The notes: generated by a model not told the origin, from the sequence alone. 64,000 nt of DNA from an uncultured Gemmatimonadales bacterium (GCA_963707505.1 CAVPQB010000004.1:1152001-1216000); one strand, 5' to 3'; shown: positions 50,717 through 61,438, numbered from the stretch's first letter. Translations and numbers: made by a program.

Positions 50717-53158
50717 TTACACGCCCAGCGCTGGAAACCTCGCAACGTTCGTCTCGCGCACGATCTCGTACACCGCGTCGAATACCGTCTCGACGTTCGG
50801 CTTGGACCAGTAATCGCCGTCCCGTCCGTATGCCGCGCGGTGTGCGGACGCGGCGAGCGTACGCGGCGCGGCATCGAGCCAATAGAATCCGCCCTGCCGT
50901 TCAAGCACTTCCTGCATCATGTACGCAGTCGCGCCACCCGGGACATCCTCGTCCAGGAAGAGCACTTTGTTCGTCTTCTTCAGCGATTCGACGATCACAC
51001 CATTGATGTCGAACGGGAGCAGCGACTGTACGTCGACCACTTCCACACTCACCCCGGCGTTGTCCTGCAGCAGGCGTGCCGCATCCAGCGCGATCTTGCA
51101 GCATGCACCGTAGGTTACTACAGTCACGTCGGAACCCTCACGCAGTATCTCCGGCACGCCGAGGGGTAGCGTGAACGTTCCGATGTTGGCTGGAAGCTTC
51201 TCCTTGATGCGGTATGCGTTGAGTACTTCGACGACAATTGCCGGATCATCTCCCCGGAGCAGAGTGTTGTAGAATCCCGCAGCGCGTGTCATGTCCCGGG
51301 GGACGAGAATGTACATTCCGCGAAGCGTGCCTAGCATCATCGCCATCGGCGAGCCGGAATGCCACACACCTACGAGGCGATGGCCACGCGTGCGCACTAT
51401 CACGGGCGCCTTCTGGCCGCCGCGCGTGCGGTAGCGTAGCGTGGCGAGGTCGTCCGACATTACCTGGAGTGCGTACAGCAGATAGTCGAGGTACTGAATC
51501 TCTGCGATCGGACGCAGGCCGCGCATGGCCATGCCTATCGCCTGACCGACGATCGTGCATTCGCGAATCCCCGTATCTCCAACGCGCAGCTCGCCGTAAC
51601 GAGCCTGCAGATCGACAAAGCCCTGATTCACGTCGCCCAGCTTGCCCACGTCCTCGCCGAATGCAATCACTCGCGGGTCGCGTTTGAGCGCCGCGTCGAA
51701 GCAGGCATTCAGCACCATGTAGCCATCGATGTCCGGTGCATCGTCCGGATAGTTCGGTGCTTCCACCTGCACAGCCAGCGCAGATTCGCTCGATTCCGAA
51801 TACAGCTCCGCGTGATAGCGGTCGTTCATCAGAGCTTCCTGCGCGCGCTTCCATTGGATCAGCGGCTCTGCAAGCGATGGCGTGTCGCGCAACGCAATAA
51901 TCGCTTCGTGCGCTGCAGCCGCGATCTCGCGCCGCAACGGTGTGGAGCGACCTGCAAGATCCTTCGCGATTGTAGCGAGTGTCGTTGCCGACGCATCACC
52001 CGCGTTGGTGGCGGCAGCTGTGATCAGAGCCTGGAGCTCATCCTTCTCCGCGTTTATCGGCGACTGATACGCGCGCCACGCCTCATCTCGTGCCGCCCGT
52101 GCTTCGTCTGTCGCACGCTCCTGCAGCGCGTCCATCTCAGCCCCGGTTGCGATCTTTTCCTTGATTATCCAGTCACGAAAGCGCGCGATTCCGTCATGAT
52201 CCTTCTCCCACTTGAGTCGCTCCGGGGACTTGTAGCGCTCGTGGCTGCCCGATGTCGAGTGGCCGTGCGGCTGTGTCATCTCGATGACGTGAACGACGGC
52301 GGGAACGTGACCGCGGCGAACGACGTTGGCAGTGCGTTGGAACGTCTCGACGAGCGCCGGATAATCCCAACCGCGAACAACCTCCAGCTCGAATCCCTTC
52401 TTCTCCGACGTTCGTTTGAACCCCTGCAGCAGTTCGGAAATGCTGCCCTTGGTCACCTGCATGTCGTTCGGAACCGAGATGCCATACCAGTCGTCCCATA
52501 CGGACAGAAGCATGGGAACCTGCAACACGCCCGCAGCGTTCACAGCTTCCCAGAACACGCCCTCGGCGCAGGACGCATTCCCGATCGTGCCGAACGCGAT
52601 CTCATTGCCGTTGTGTGAGAACTGAGTGAACTGGTGCAGCTCGTTCAGATTGCGATACAGCTTGGACGCGTACGCGAGTCCCAGAAGGCGCGGCATCTGG
52701 GAGCCGGTGGGAGAGCTGTCAGCCGATGACTGATACTGATCGGTGAGATTCTTCCATCTCCCCTGATCATCAAGCATGCGTGTGCCGAAGTGCGCATTCA
52801 TTCCTCGGCCACCCGATGCCGGATCGGCGGAGATGTCGGCGTGTGCGTAGAGTTGCGCGAAGAACTGTTGAACCGTGAGCAGCCCGAGCGCAAACATCAG
52901 CGTCTGATCGCGATAATAACCAGACCGGATGTCACCCCGCTCGAAGGACCTGGCCAGCGCGACCTGCGCGACTTCCTTTCCGTCGCCGAAGATTCCGAAC
53001 ATCGCCCTGCCCAGCATCACCTCGCCGCGAGCCAGCGTGCTCACCTGGCGGCTGGTGTAGGCGATTTCGTAATCCCTCAATACCCCGGCGCGATCGGCCT
53101 TTTCGGCTTTCACAGCCCTGGTCGCGATCGCCGTGCCGCCATCTTTGCCTTTGCTCAA
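50717..53158 (-). CDS. 2-oxoacid (probably branched-chain) dehydrogenase E1, fused alpha/beta
   Basis: GYYRD, TPP motif [29 protein letters not shown], transketolase C-terminal domain. Confidence 0.88.
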   Translation of the reverse strand: MSKGKDGGTAIATRAVKAEKADRAGVLRDYEIAYTSRQVSTLARGEVMLGRAMFGIFGDGKEVAQVALARSFERGDIRSGYYRDQTLMFALGLLTVQQFFAQLYAHADISADPASGGRGMNAHFGTRMLDDQGRWKNLTDQYQSSADSSPTGSQMPRLLGLAYASKLYRNLNELHQFTQFSHNGNEIAFGTIGNASCAEGVFWEAVNAAGVLQVPMLLSVWDDWYGISVPNDMQVTKGSISELLQGFKRTSEKKGFELEVVRGWDYPALVETFQRTANVVRRGHVPAVVHVIEMTQPHGHSTSGSHERYKSPERLKWEKDHDGIARFRDWIIKEKIATGAEMDALQERATDEARAARDEAWRAYQSPINAEKDELQALITAAATNAGDASATTLATIAKDLAGRSTPLRREIAAAAHEAIIALRDTPSLAEPLIQWKRAQEALMNDRYHAELYSESSESALAVQVEAPNYPDDAPDIDGYMVLNACFDAALKRDPRVIAFGEDVGKLGDVNQGFVDLQARYGELRVGDTGIRECTIVGQAIGMAMRGLRPIAEIQYLDYLLYALQVMSDDLATLRYRTRGGQKAPVIVRTRGHRLVGVWHSGSPMAMMLGTLRGMYILVPRDMTRAAGFYNTLLRGDDPAIVVEVLNAYRIKEKLPANIGTFTLPLGVPEILREGSDVTVVTYGACCKIALDAARLLQDNAGVSVEVVDVQSLLPFDINGVIVESLKKTNKVLFLDEDVPGGATAYMMQEVLERQGGFYWLDAAPRTLAASAHRAAYGRDGDYWSKPNVETVFDAVYEIVRETNVARFPALGV

Positions 53159-53354
53159 CAGTGCTCCGATTTTGTCTGCTTATGCCTGTCAGAGGAGTTC
53201 CGGGGCCCCGAAAGCGCCCCAGCTTGCGAATATCGCCAGATTGACCGGCACACCCGGCAGCGAGCAATTTAGCCGGCCGCGTTGCATTTTTTGCATCCTG
53301 GTGTGGCGCCCGTCAGGAATCTCACATCTGGGGCGCCGTAACTCGTTGTAATGC

Positions 53355-53383
53355 TTGGATTTCGGGCCTCCAGCCTCTAAATT
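53355..53383 (+). promoter_or_regulatory. Candidate sigma70 promoter for the DUF512-der operon
   Basis: TTGGAT-17 bp-TAAATT ending 9 nt before the ATG at 53393. Confidence 0.45.
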
Positions 53384-53392
53384 TATCAGGTT

Positions 53393-54679
53393 ATGGTACG
53401 AGTCGCCCGAGTCCAGCCAGATAGCGTCGCCGCGGAGCTTGGAATTGTTCCGGGGACGGAGATTCTGAGTGTCGATGGGCGCGCCATTGCCGACTTCCTC
53501 GATTGGGAATTTTTATCCGCCGAGGATGAGGTCGCGATCGAGGTCAGGCAGCCCGACGGAGAGACCGTCATCTTCGAAGTCGAGCGGCCGGAGCTCGAGC
53601 CATGGGGCATCATGCTGGAGCCGCCGCGCGTGCGGCAATGCGCGAACCGCTGCGAGTTCTGTTTCATCGAAGGCCTCCCGACCGGACTTCGCAAGCCGCT
53701 GTATCTGCGCGATGACGACTATCGCCTGTCCTTCGCGTACGGCAACTTCGCGACGCTCTCGAACGTCAAGGAGCGCGACATCAAGCGCATCCTCGAATAC
53801 CGTCTTTCGCCGCTCTACGTGTCGGTCCACGCGACCAACTGGGAGACGCGCAAGGTAGTTCTCAACAATCCCAAGGTTCCGAACATCATCGAGCAGCTCA
53901 CGCGCCTCGGCGAAGGTGGGATCCAGTTCCACTGCCAGATGGTTGTCGTTCCGGGACTGAACGACGGTGCGGTTCTCGAAGAGTCGCTTCAGGATCTCTG
54001 GAACATGGGTGACTCGGTAATCTCGGCCGCCGTCATTCCCGTCGGCCTCACGCAGTTCTCGCATCTGTACACGGGCAAGTCGATGGACCGCGACACTGCG
54101 CGCGGTCTTCTCGAGCACGTGGAACGCTGGAGTGAACGCGGAATGCGCGAGCGGGGAATGTCGTGGGTCGTCGGTTCGGACGAGCTGTACCTCCTGGCCG
54201 AGCGTGAACTTCCCGGCGAGGAGCACTACGGAGATTTCGCTCAGATAGAAAATGGAATCGGATCCGTCGCGCTGCTGCGCGTGCGAGTCCGCGACGGTGT
54301 CTCGCAACTGCCAGCGATGCCAGGCCGGCGTATCGGCGTCGTGACCGGAGTATCCATGGGCGCACTGATGCCGCCGTTGCTCGATCAGCTTACCAGGGCT
54401 ACCGGCGCGCACTTCGAGCTGATCGTCGCCGAGAATTCGCTGTTCGGACCCACCACCACGGCGTCTGGCCTCCTCGTTGGAGCAGACATTCGGCGCTCGC
54501 TGGCTGACCGGCACGACCTTGACCTGGCGCTCATCCCCGCCGAAACAATCAACGAAGACGGAATTTTTCTGGACGACGCCTCATTCATTGCGGTTCGCGA
54601 ATCGCTACCCATGCCTGTATTCCCCTCGTACGACTTCATCGACGTTCTTGCGTCCGAGCCGAGCGGGGTTGCAGCGTGA
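53393..54679 (+). CDS. PDZ-containing putative radical SAM protein (DUF512 family)
   Basis: N-terminal PDZ-like region, CANRCEFC (CxxxCxxC), RDDDYRLSF, LSPLYVSVHAT, QIENGIG. Confidence 0.88.
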   Translation: MVRVARVQPDSVAAELGIVPGTEILSVDGRAIADFLDWEFLSAEDEVAIEVRQPDGETVIFEVERPELEPWGIMLEPPRVRQCANRCEFCFIEGLPTGLRKPLYLRDDDYRLSFAYGNFATLSNVKERDIKRILEYRLSPLYVSVHATNWETRKVVLNNPKVPNIIEQLTRLGEGGIQFHCQMVVVPGLNDGAVLEESLQDLWNMGDSVISAAVIPVGLTQFSHLYTGKSMDRDTARGLLEHVERWSERGMRERGMSWVVGSDELYLLAERELPGEEHYGDFAQIENGIGSVALLRVRVRDGVSQLPAMPGRRIGVVTGVSMGALMPPLLDQLTRATGAHFELIVAENSLFGPTTTASGLLVGADIRRSLADRHDLDLALIPAETINEDGIFLDDASFIAVRESLPMPVFPSYDFIDVLASEPSGVAA

Positions 54680-55986
54680 GCGGTACTCCTGTCGTCGCGA
54701 TCATCGGACGCCCCAACGTCGGCAAATCCGCTCTCTTCAACCGAATCGTCGGCGGAAACGCCGCGATTGTGAGTGACGAGGCCGGCACAACGCGTGATCG
54801 CCACTTCGGACGCGCCGAGTGGAATGGAAGATCGTTCTGGCTCGTCGACACCGGCGGGCTTCCGGAGAATACGCGCGAAGCAATCGACGGTGAGATTCGC
54901 AAACAGGTTCTCGAAGCAATCGCAGAGGCGGATCTGCTGGCGTTCGTTGTCGATGCACAGCTTGGCGTGCATCCCAACGACGCGAAAGTCCTCGACCTGC
55001 TGCGTGAATCCGGGAAGCCGTGGATGATCATAGCCAACAAGGTCGACGACCCGGCAAGCACCGACTTCTACGAGTTCTACAGACTCGGCGCCGGCGAGCC
55101 GATGCCGGTTTCTGCGACGAACGGCAAGGGATCGGGAGATCTCCTCGACGCAATGGCCGCGCTGCTGCCTGAAACGACGGAGGAAGAGACCGATGCGATT
55201 CGCGTTGCAATCGTGGGTCGCCCGAATGTTGGGAAGTCTTCGCTCGTGAACCGCATGCTCGGCGAGCAGCGTCTCGTAGTTTCAGAAGTCGCTGGTACGA
55301 CCAGGGACGCTATCGATACGCCGTTCAGGTATCACGGCCGCGATTTCATCTTCATCGATACCGCGGGTCTGCGGCGTCAGGCCAGGATCGACGACGGCAT
55401 CGAGTTCTATTCGTCGCTCCGAACGCGTCGGGCGATCGAGCGCTCCGACGTGTGCATTCTCGTCATCGACGCGGTGGAGGGCTTGCACAATCAGGACCTC
55501 AAGATTGCGACGATGGCGTGGGATTCCGGCCGCGCGTTGATCGTAGTCGTGAACAAGTGGGACCTGAAGGAGAAGGAGAACAACACTGCAGCGAAGTTCG
55601 AGAAGGAGATCGTCGAGAAGGTCCCGTACCTCGGCTTCGTGCCCTTCGTATTTACGTCTGCACTCACGGGACAGCGGGTCACGAAGTTGTTCGACCTCAT
55701 TCTTCAGGTCGAGGCCGAGCGCGAGAAAAGAATTTCGACTTCCGATATCAATGACACGTTGCAGAGTCTGCTCGCGCGTCGACAGCCGCCACAGGCAGCG
55801 GGTCGTGAGATCAAATTGAATTACGCAACGCAGGTCGAAACGTCACCGCCGACCATCGCGGTATTCGGTAATCATCCCGAGCTCGTACAGGAGCACTACA
55901 TACGCTTTCTGCACAATGGATTCAGAGCGGCCTACGGCTTCACCGGCAACCCGCTCAACATCGTGCTGCGGCGTAAATCGGCGTAG
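54676..55986 (+). CDS. der: Ribosome biogenesis GTPase Der
   Basis: Two GRPNVGKS P-loops, GTTRD, DTAG, NKWD. Confidence 0.97.
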   Translation: MSGTPVVAIIGRPNVGKSALFNRIVGGNAAIVSDEAGTTRDRHFGRAEWNGRSFWLVDTGGLPENTREAIDGEIRKQVLEAIAEADLLAFVVDAQLGVHPNDAKVLDLLRESGKPWMIIANKVDDPASTDFYEFYRLGAGEPMPVSATNGKGSGDLLDAMAALLPETTEEETDAIRVAIVGRPNVGKSSLVNRMLGEQRLVVSEVAGTTRDAIDTPFRYHGRDFIFIDTAGLRRQARIDDGIEFYSSLRTRRAIERSDVCILVIDAVEGLHNQDLKIATMAWDSGRALIVVVNKWDLKEKENNTAAKFEKEIVEKVPYLGFVPFVFTSALTGQRVTKLFDLILQVEAEREKRISTSDINDTLQSLLARRQPPQAAGREIKLNYATQVETSPPTIAVFGNHPELVQEHYIRFLHNGFRAAYGFTGNPLNIVLRRKSA

Positions 55987-56643
55987 ATGGGTTCCATCCA
56001 TCTTCCGGTAGTCGTCGCGATAGTGATTGCCTACGTCGCCGGCTCGATTCCGTCCGCGTACCTTGCGGGGAAGTGGCGCGGCATCGATCTGCGCCAGCAT
56101 GGCTCCGGTAATCTTGGTGCGACCAACGTCGTGCGTGTGCTCGGCATCCGCATCGGCGCGGTCGTCTTCATCGTCGATACACTGAAGGGTTTCCTTCCGG
56201 TGTTCTTTCTGCCGGCGCTCACGGGCGCGGCGCAGCCAGAGCTGATCAGCCTTGCGGTTGGCGGCGCTGCGATAATTGGTCACGTGCGGCCTGTCTTTCT
56301 GCTCGGCCAGAAGGGTGGGAAGGGCGTTGCGACCGCCGGCGGTGTGTTTCTGGGCGTCGCCTGGTTGCCAGCCGTCATAGCGTTCGCTGTGTGGATTGTG
56401 GTGTTCGCCACGTCTCGCTACGTGAGCGTCGCGTCACTCAGCGCCGCTCTCGCGTTGCCGTTTGCGTTTTTCTTCAGCGGCGTCGCGATCTCGGATCCGT
56501 TTTTCATTGCATCGATCATTGTCGCGCTGTTTGTATTCTTCACACATCGCGCGAACATCGGGCGACTGCGACGTGGCGAGGAACATCGTTTCAAGAGCGC
56601 ACGGCCCGACGGTGTGAGCCAGCAACCGCCGCACACAACGTGA
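55987..56643 (+). CDS. plsY: Glycerol-3-phosphate acyltransferase PlsY
   Basis: GSIPS, GSGNLGATN, KGGKGVAT, HRANIGRL. Confidence 0.95.
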   Translation: MGSIHLPVVVAIVIAYVAGSIPSAYLAGKWRGIDLRQHGSGNLGATNVVRVLGIRIGAVVFIVDTLKGFLPVFFLPALTGAAQPELISLAVGGAAIIGHVRPVFLLGQKGGKGVATAGGVFLGVAWLPAVIAFAVWIVVFATSRYVSVASLSAALALPFAFFFSGVAISDPFFIASIIVALFVFFTHRANIGRLRRGEEHRFKSARPDGVSQQPPHTT

Positions 56644-56678
56644 GCACAACATGAGTGCAAAGTGACTGGCGCGTCACG

Positions 56679-57671
56679 ATGAAGTGCGCGGTGCTGGGTG
56701 CCGGTGCATGGGGTGCCGCGCTCGCCGACCGGCTGGCGAGGAACGCCCACGATGTGCGACTGTGGGCGTATGAGCCTGATGTCGCGCAGTCGGTGAACGA
56801 CACGCATCGTAATCGTTTTCTCGCCGGCGTCGAGCTGTCTCCGTCGATCGTCGCATCAACTGAGATGAAGGATGTCGTTACCGGCGCGCAATTCGTCGTG
56901 CTTGTCGCGCCATCGCATGTGACGCGAGCCGTCGCGGAGGCTGCGCAGCCGTATCTGTCACGTGAGGCGGTCGTCGTCATTGCGTCCAAGGGTATCGAGC
57001 AACATTCGCTCGCGCGCATGACAGAAGTTGCGGCAGACGTATTCGATCGACCCGGTGCCGTCGCGCTTTCCGGCCCTACCTTCGCCGCCGAAGTCGCCCG
57101 GAACCAGCCAGCTGCCATCGTTGCGGCTTGCACTGAGCGAGCACCTGCCGAACAGGTGCAGCAGCTCTTCCACGGACCGGCATTCCGCGTCTATACCCAA
57201 CACGACGTGGTAGGCGTCGAGCTGGGCGGTGCGGTAAAGAATGTGATGGCGGTTGCAACCGGGATCGCCGAGGGCCTGGGCCTTGGATTCAATGCGCGTG
57301 CTGCGCTGATAACGAGAGGGCTCGCCGAGATGACGCGGCTTGGCGTCGCGCTTGGCGCCGATCCTGCTACATTTGCCGGACTCGCCGGCATGGGTGATCT
57401 GGTGCTCACGTGCACTGGCCAACTGAGTCGTAACCGCTCGCTGGGCGTCGAAATCGGCGGTGGCAGGACGCTGGATGAGGCACTTGCCGGGCGCGACACA
57501 GTGGCGGAGGGCGTTATCACGACGCGGTCGGCCAGGGAACTCGCCGAGCGCGCCGGAGTGGACATGCCGATCGTGGATGCGGTCTTCTCCGTGCTGTTCG
57601 ACGGTCAGGCACCGCGTGACGCGATCGTCGATTTGATGAACCGGGATCCGCGCGCCGAGCGCGACGAGTGA
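56679..57671 (+). CDS. gpsA: NAD(P)H-dependent glycerol-3-phosphate dehydrogenase
   Basis: GAGAWG, SKGIE, LSGPTFA, GGAVKNV, GMGDLVLTC..SRN. Confidence 0.95.
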   Translation: MKCAVLGAGAWGAALADRLARNAHDVRLWAYEPDVAQSVNDTHRNRFLAGVELSPSIVASTEMKDVVTGAQFVVLVAPSHVTRAVAEAAQPYLSREAVVVIASKGIEQHSLARMTEVAADVFDRPGAVALSGPTFAAEVARNQPAAIVAACTERAPAEQVQQLFHGPAFRVYTQHDVVGVELGGAVKNVMAVATGIAEGLGLGFNARAALITRGLAEMTRLGVALGADPATFAGLAGMGDLVLTCTGQLSRNRSLGVEIGGGRTLDEALAGRDTVAEGVITTRSARELAERAGVDMPIVDAVFSVLFDGQAPRDAIVDLMNRDPRAERDE

Positions 57672-57682
57672 AGGGAGAAATC

Positions 57683-58078
57683 GTGGCTACCATACCAGTC
57701 CGTGAGTTCTTCTCGATCGGTGACGTGTGCGATCTTACCGATCTCAAGCCGCACGTTCTTCGCTATTGGGAAAGTCAGTTCCGCTTTCTCCATCCCGCGA
57801 AGAACCGATCCGGCAACCGTGTGTATCAGCGCCGCGAGGTCGAGCTGATCATGCTGGTGAAGGAACTGCTGTACGTGGACAAGTACACCATCGAAGGTGC
57901 GCGTGCGCGTGTCGATGAATACAGAAAGAACGGCGCGCTCAAGACTGCGACGCGCGACGCGCTCGCATCCAGCAGCGTCGATGCACTGGAGCGCGATCTC
58001 CAGCGGATAGTCAGCGCGCTCGACGGCGTCGATGTCGAGGAGACGGCAGGCGAGCAGGAAGTAGAGGTCGCGGAGTGA
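57683..58078 (+). CDS. MerR-family transcriptional regulator (alternative start 57668)
   Basis: FSIGDVCDLTDLKPHVLRYWESQF..GNRVY..YTIEGAR. Confidence 0.9.
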   Translation: MATIPVREFFSIGDVCDLTDLKPHVLRYWESQFRFLHPAKNRSGNRVYQRREVELIMLVKELLYVDKYTIEGARARVDEYRKNGALKTATRDALASSSVDALERDLQRIVSALDGVDVEETAGEQEVEVAE

Positions 58079-58782
58079 TCGACCGAACCGATACGCCGGA
58101 AGTGACTGGCGTGCGGGTGTGCATCCTCCCGGCGTTCGATGCGGATGCAACGGTCGCAGCCGTCGTCGCCTCAGTGCGCCGGCACATGGGTGCTGTGTTC
58201 GTCCTCGGTGTGGATGACGGCTCGCTCGACGCGACGCGCACTGTGCTCAAGCGCGCGTGCGATCATGTCATCTGCTTCGACTCCAATCGTGGCAAGGGCG
58301 CTGCGTTGCGCGCCGCGTTCGCATATGCAGCCGAGCATTTTCCGCGCAGCCAGGTCGTCACTCTCGACGCGGATGGCCAACACGACCCGGCGTTCGCTCC
58401 GCGCCTGCTCGACGCGCTCGACCTGGCCGACATCGTGATCGGTACGCGCGAGATCGGCTTGCCGTCGGTTCCTCCGCATCGCCGCATCGCCAACTTCGTT
58501 TCTACTGCGGCGACGCGCGCGGTTACACGATTGCGTCTCACCGACAGCCAGTCGGGCTTTCGTGCATTTCGTCCCGAGGTGGTTGCCGCGATCGAAGCGC
58601 AGGGCGACCGTTACGAGTACGAAACGGATTTCATCGTACGTGCGTCGCACCGCGGCTATCGCATCGCCGAGGTGTCCGTGCCGACGATATATGGGCCGCC
58701 GAGTCACTTTCGCGAGCTGGTCGATAGCTGGCGTGTCGCGCGCGTCCTGTGGAGTCATCGCGCCGCTGCGTTCCGCTCCTGA
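58075..58782 (+). CDS. GT2 glycosyltransferase (polyprenol-phosphate mannosyltransferase/DPM-like)
   Basis: ILPAFD, VDDGSLD, NRGKGAAL, LDADGQH, DSQSGFRAF. Confidence 0.85.
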   Translation: MIDRTDTPEVTGVRVCILPAFDADATVAAVVASVRRHMGAVFVLGVDDGSLDATRTVLKRACDHVICFDSNRGKGAALRAAFAYAAEHFPRSQVVTLDADGQHDPAFAPRLLDALDLADIVIGTREIGLPSVPPHRRIANFVSTAATRAVTRLRLTDSQSGFRAFRPEVVAAIEAQGDRYEYETDFIVRASHRGYRIAEVSVPTIYGPPSHFRELVDSWRVARVLWSHRAAAFRS

Positions 58783-58806
58783 CGCCGTCAACCAAATGAA
58801 AAATCT

Positions 58807-59562
58807 GTGAAGATCCTTTGCAGCAACGACGACGGCGTCTTCGCCGCCGGACTCGATGTACTCGTTCGCGCAGCGTCGCAGCTTGGTGACGTCACCGTGG
58901 TGGCACCGGATCGCGAGCAGAGTGCAACCAGTCACTCGCTGACGTTGCATCGTCCGTTGCGCCCTGTTCATCTACCTGATGGACGCTATCAGGTCGACGG
59001 TACGCCGACCGATTGCGTAATGCTCGCAATCGAAGGACTGATGCCCGAGCGACCCGACTGGGTGCTGAGTGGAATCAATCATGGCATGAACATGGGCGAG
59101 GACGTGTTGTATTCCGGCACCGTTGCAGCGGCCATGGAAGGTCTCGTGCTCGGCGTTCCATCGATCGCATTGTCGTTCGCGGGTGGTGAGATGCGATCCG
59201 AGTCGGAGAAGCTCGAGATGCACATGCCGGCGGTCGTCGACCTCTTGCGCGAGCTCACTTCTCTCAACGTGCCGAGCACGACGCTGTTCAACGTCAATCT
59301 TCCGCCCGTGTTCGGTGCTGATGTGAAGGGAGTGAAGCTCACGCGGCTCGGACGGCGTCAGTTCACCAATTCGATTCGCCCCATGAGCGATCCGTGGGGA
59401 CGGCCGCTTTACTGGATCGGGGCCGGCTCCATGTCGTGGACCGGCGGCGAGGACTCTGACTACCGCGCCGTCGAAGAAGGCTACATCTCAGTGACTCCAC
59501 TTCACCTCGACCTGACAAATGGCCCGATGATCGAATCCGCGGAGAGTTGGTGGCGCCGGTAG
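58807..59562 (+). CDS. surE: 5'/3'-nucleotidase SurE
   Basis: SNDDG, APDREQSA, GTPTDCV, SGINHG..YSGTVAAAMEG, ISVTPL. Confidence 0.96.
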   Translation: MKILCSNDDGVFAAGLDVLVRAASQLGDVTVVAPDREQSATSHSLTLHRPLRPVHLPDGRYQVDGTPTDCVMLAIEGLMPERPDWVLSGINHGMNMGEDVLYSGTVAAAMEGLVLGVPSIALSFAGGEMRSESEKLEMHMPAVVDLLRELTSLNVPSTTLFNVNLPPVFGADVKGVKLTRLGRRQFTNSIRPMSDPWGRPLYWIGAGSMSWTGGEDSDYRAVEEGYISVTPLHLDLTNGPMIESAESWWRR

Positions 59563-60206
59563 CCGAAACCGAGTACCTCGGCGCGCGACGACATCTCGTG
59601 CAGCTACTGCAGGAGCAGGGTATTCGCGACCTGTCGGTTCTGCACGCGATCGATGAAGTCCCGCGCCACAGATTCGTCCCGACCGGCGTGCGGCATCGCG
59701 CCTACGAGGACTCCTCGCTCCCGATCGGCAGTGGCCAGACCATATCGCAGCCGAGTATTCATGCGCGCTATCTGGAACTGCTTCACCTGACGGGCGAGGA
59801 GCGCGTTCTGGAGATCGGCACCGGCTCGGGGTATCAGACGGCGCTTCTGGCAAGAATGGTTGCACAGGTGTTTTCCGTGGAGCGAATCGGCGCGCTCCTG
59901 GACCGGGCGCGTGACGTTCTGGGCGAGATCGGCGTCCGCAACGTATCCTTCCTGTTGGGAGACGGAACACTAGGCTGGCGGCAATACGGTCCTTACGACG
60001 CAATTCTGGTAAGCGCCGCCGCTCCGACCGTTCCACCCGCGTATGTGGAGCAGCTTGCTGATGGCGGTCGTCTTTTGATCCCTCTAGGCGAGCGTGAGGA
60101 GCAGGTCCTCAACGTAATAACTCGGCGCGGCGACGCGCTGGAGCAGGTGGAGGCGGGCCCGGTGCGGTTCGTCCCCCTGCTGGGCAAAGAGAGCTGGGAG
60201 AGTTAA
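59547..60206 (+). CDS. pcm: Protein-L-isoaspartate O-methyltransferase
   Basis: VPRHRFV, QTISQP, VLEIGTGSGYQ, PYDAILV, VRFVPL. Confidence 0.96.
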   Translation: MVAPVAETEYLGARRHLVQLLQEQGIRDLSVLHAIDEVPRHRFVPTGVRHRAYEDSSLPIGSGQTISQPSIHARYLELLHLTGEERVLEIGTGSGYQTALLARMVAQVFSVERIGALLDRARDVLGEIGVRNVSFLLGDGTLGWRQYGPYDAILVSAAAPTVPPAYVEQLADGGRLLIPLGEREEQVLNVITRRGDALEQVEAGPVRFVPLLGKESWES

Positions 60207-60207
60207 C

Positions 60208-61011
60208 TTGGCCGGAATGCTTCCACCATTCGTGCCGCCTGCGGCGCGTGTCTCTAGCGAGACGCTTCCTCTGATCACGGAATTCGTGATCGATCGTGTC
60301 GAACGCTCGTTCGAGAGTTCGTTCAGCCTCTCTGACGACTCAGGAGCCGTAGCGACAGCCACGCTGCCGTCTATCGACGAATTCGTCCGTGACGCGCCAG
60401 AAGCGGCCCGGGATGCCGATGATGAATTCATGCAGCGTACTTCGCGCAGTCCATGGGGGACCTACGAGGCCGAGCACGAGGTTGGTCAGGGAACGCCGTT
60501 ACCAGCAACGCCGGCCGCCGCGCTTGAGCCTGACCTCCTTCCGATCGACGACCATCGCGCCCCGCCATCCGGAACGGAGGACGCGGTTGTGAACGAGATC
60601 GCCGAGCCAGCCGACGCGTGGGCCGCAACTGCTGGCAGCGGCTCTCAGACGGCTGCCGAGAAGGCACCGGCGCCAGTGCAGAACGCGGGATCCGGTGCGC
60701 AGCCGGCGCACCCAGCTCCGGTCGCGCCAGAGGTCTGGGTGTCGGAGGAGCGGGACGCATTCGACTGGCATGCGGTTGCAAGTCTTACGGTGCCGCCAGC
60801 AGAGGAACAACGGGCGGCGGAAGAGTGGTCGTCCACCGAGTGGGACAGGTCGAGCGGATCGATGCAGGATCATATCGCGGCGCAGCTCGCACAGGTCTCG
60901 CGTCGTGTGCGCTCCGGCGAGCTCGAAGTGCGCGGCAGCAAGCAGATGGGGCCCGAGGCCGCGCTGGTCGCGGCGCTTGCGGCGTTGCTGTCGGAGCAGG
61001 GCAGGAAGTAG
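60208..61011 (+). CDS. Hypothetical acidic Pro/Ala-rich, largely disordered protein
   Basis: 267-aa ORF starting 1 nt after the pcm stop; repeated LPxIxEF motifs and a helical C-terminus. Confidence 0.6.
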   Translation: MAGMLPPFVPPAARVSSETLPLITEFVIDRVERSFESSFSLSDDSGAVATATLPSIDEFVRDAPEAARDADDEFMQRTSRSPWGTYEAEHEVGQGTPLPATPAAALEPDLLPIDDHRAPPSGTEDAVVNEIAEPADAWAATAGSGSQTAAEKAPAPVQNAGSGAQPAHPAPVAPEVWVSEERDAFDWHAVASLTVPPAEEQRAAEEWSSTEWDRSSGSMQDHIAAQLAQVSRRVRSGELEVRGSKQMGPEAALVAALAALLSEQGRK

Positions 61012-61124
61012 CAGTACGGCCGCTCCTCGCGGCCAGCTGGATGACTCCGGTGTAGCGCGCAGCTTGACACTACACGGCTTTTCATCGCCTACGCGCATCC
61101 TGCCTGGGTGCGCACTTGCACAGT

Positions 61125-61205
61125 CGGCGCCGATATCAACGCGACGGCGTTCCGGAGTACCGGATCGTCCATGCTGACGCGCGGATTATGGAGAGATGGC
61201 GCCGG
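61125..61205 (+). pseudogene. Remnant of a Uma2-family endonuclease gene
   Basis: RRRYQRDGVPEYRIVHADARIMERWR resembles the Uma2 C-terminal Y...GVPEYWIVD motif; no intact N-terminal part seen. Confidence 0.5.
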
Positions 61206-61364
61206 GCTTCGTGCCGTACGGTCGAGCCGATGGCCAAGCGCGACGATTGGCTTCGGCCGCTAGCGAGCGGTTATATTGACCGCGCGCGTTCGGCGCTCCG
61301 CATTGCAATAAGATGCGTTAACACCGCACTGCAACAGCTTGCGATAGCACGACTTACAAGTTTC

Positions 61365-61438
61365 GCCCCCGTAGCTCAGGTGGATAGAGCAGCAGTTTCC
61401 TAAACTGTTGGCCGCGTGTTCGAGTCACGCCGGGGGCA
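61365..61438 (+). tRNA. tRNA-Arg (anticodon CCT), CCA not encoded
   Basis: Acceptor GCCCCCG/CGGGGGC, D-arm GCTC..GAGC, anticodon arm GCAGT-TTCCTAA-ACTGT, T-loop GTTCGAG. Confidence 0.96.
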
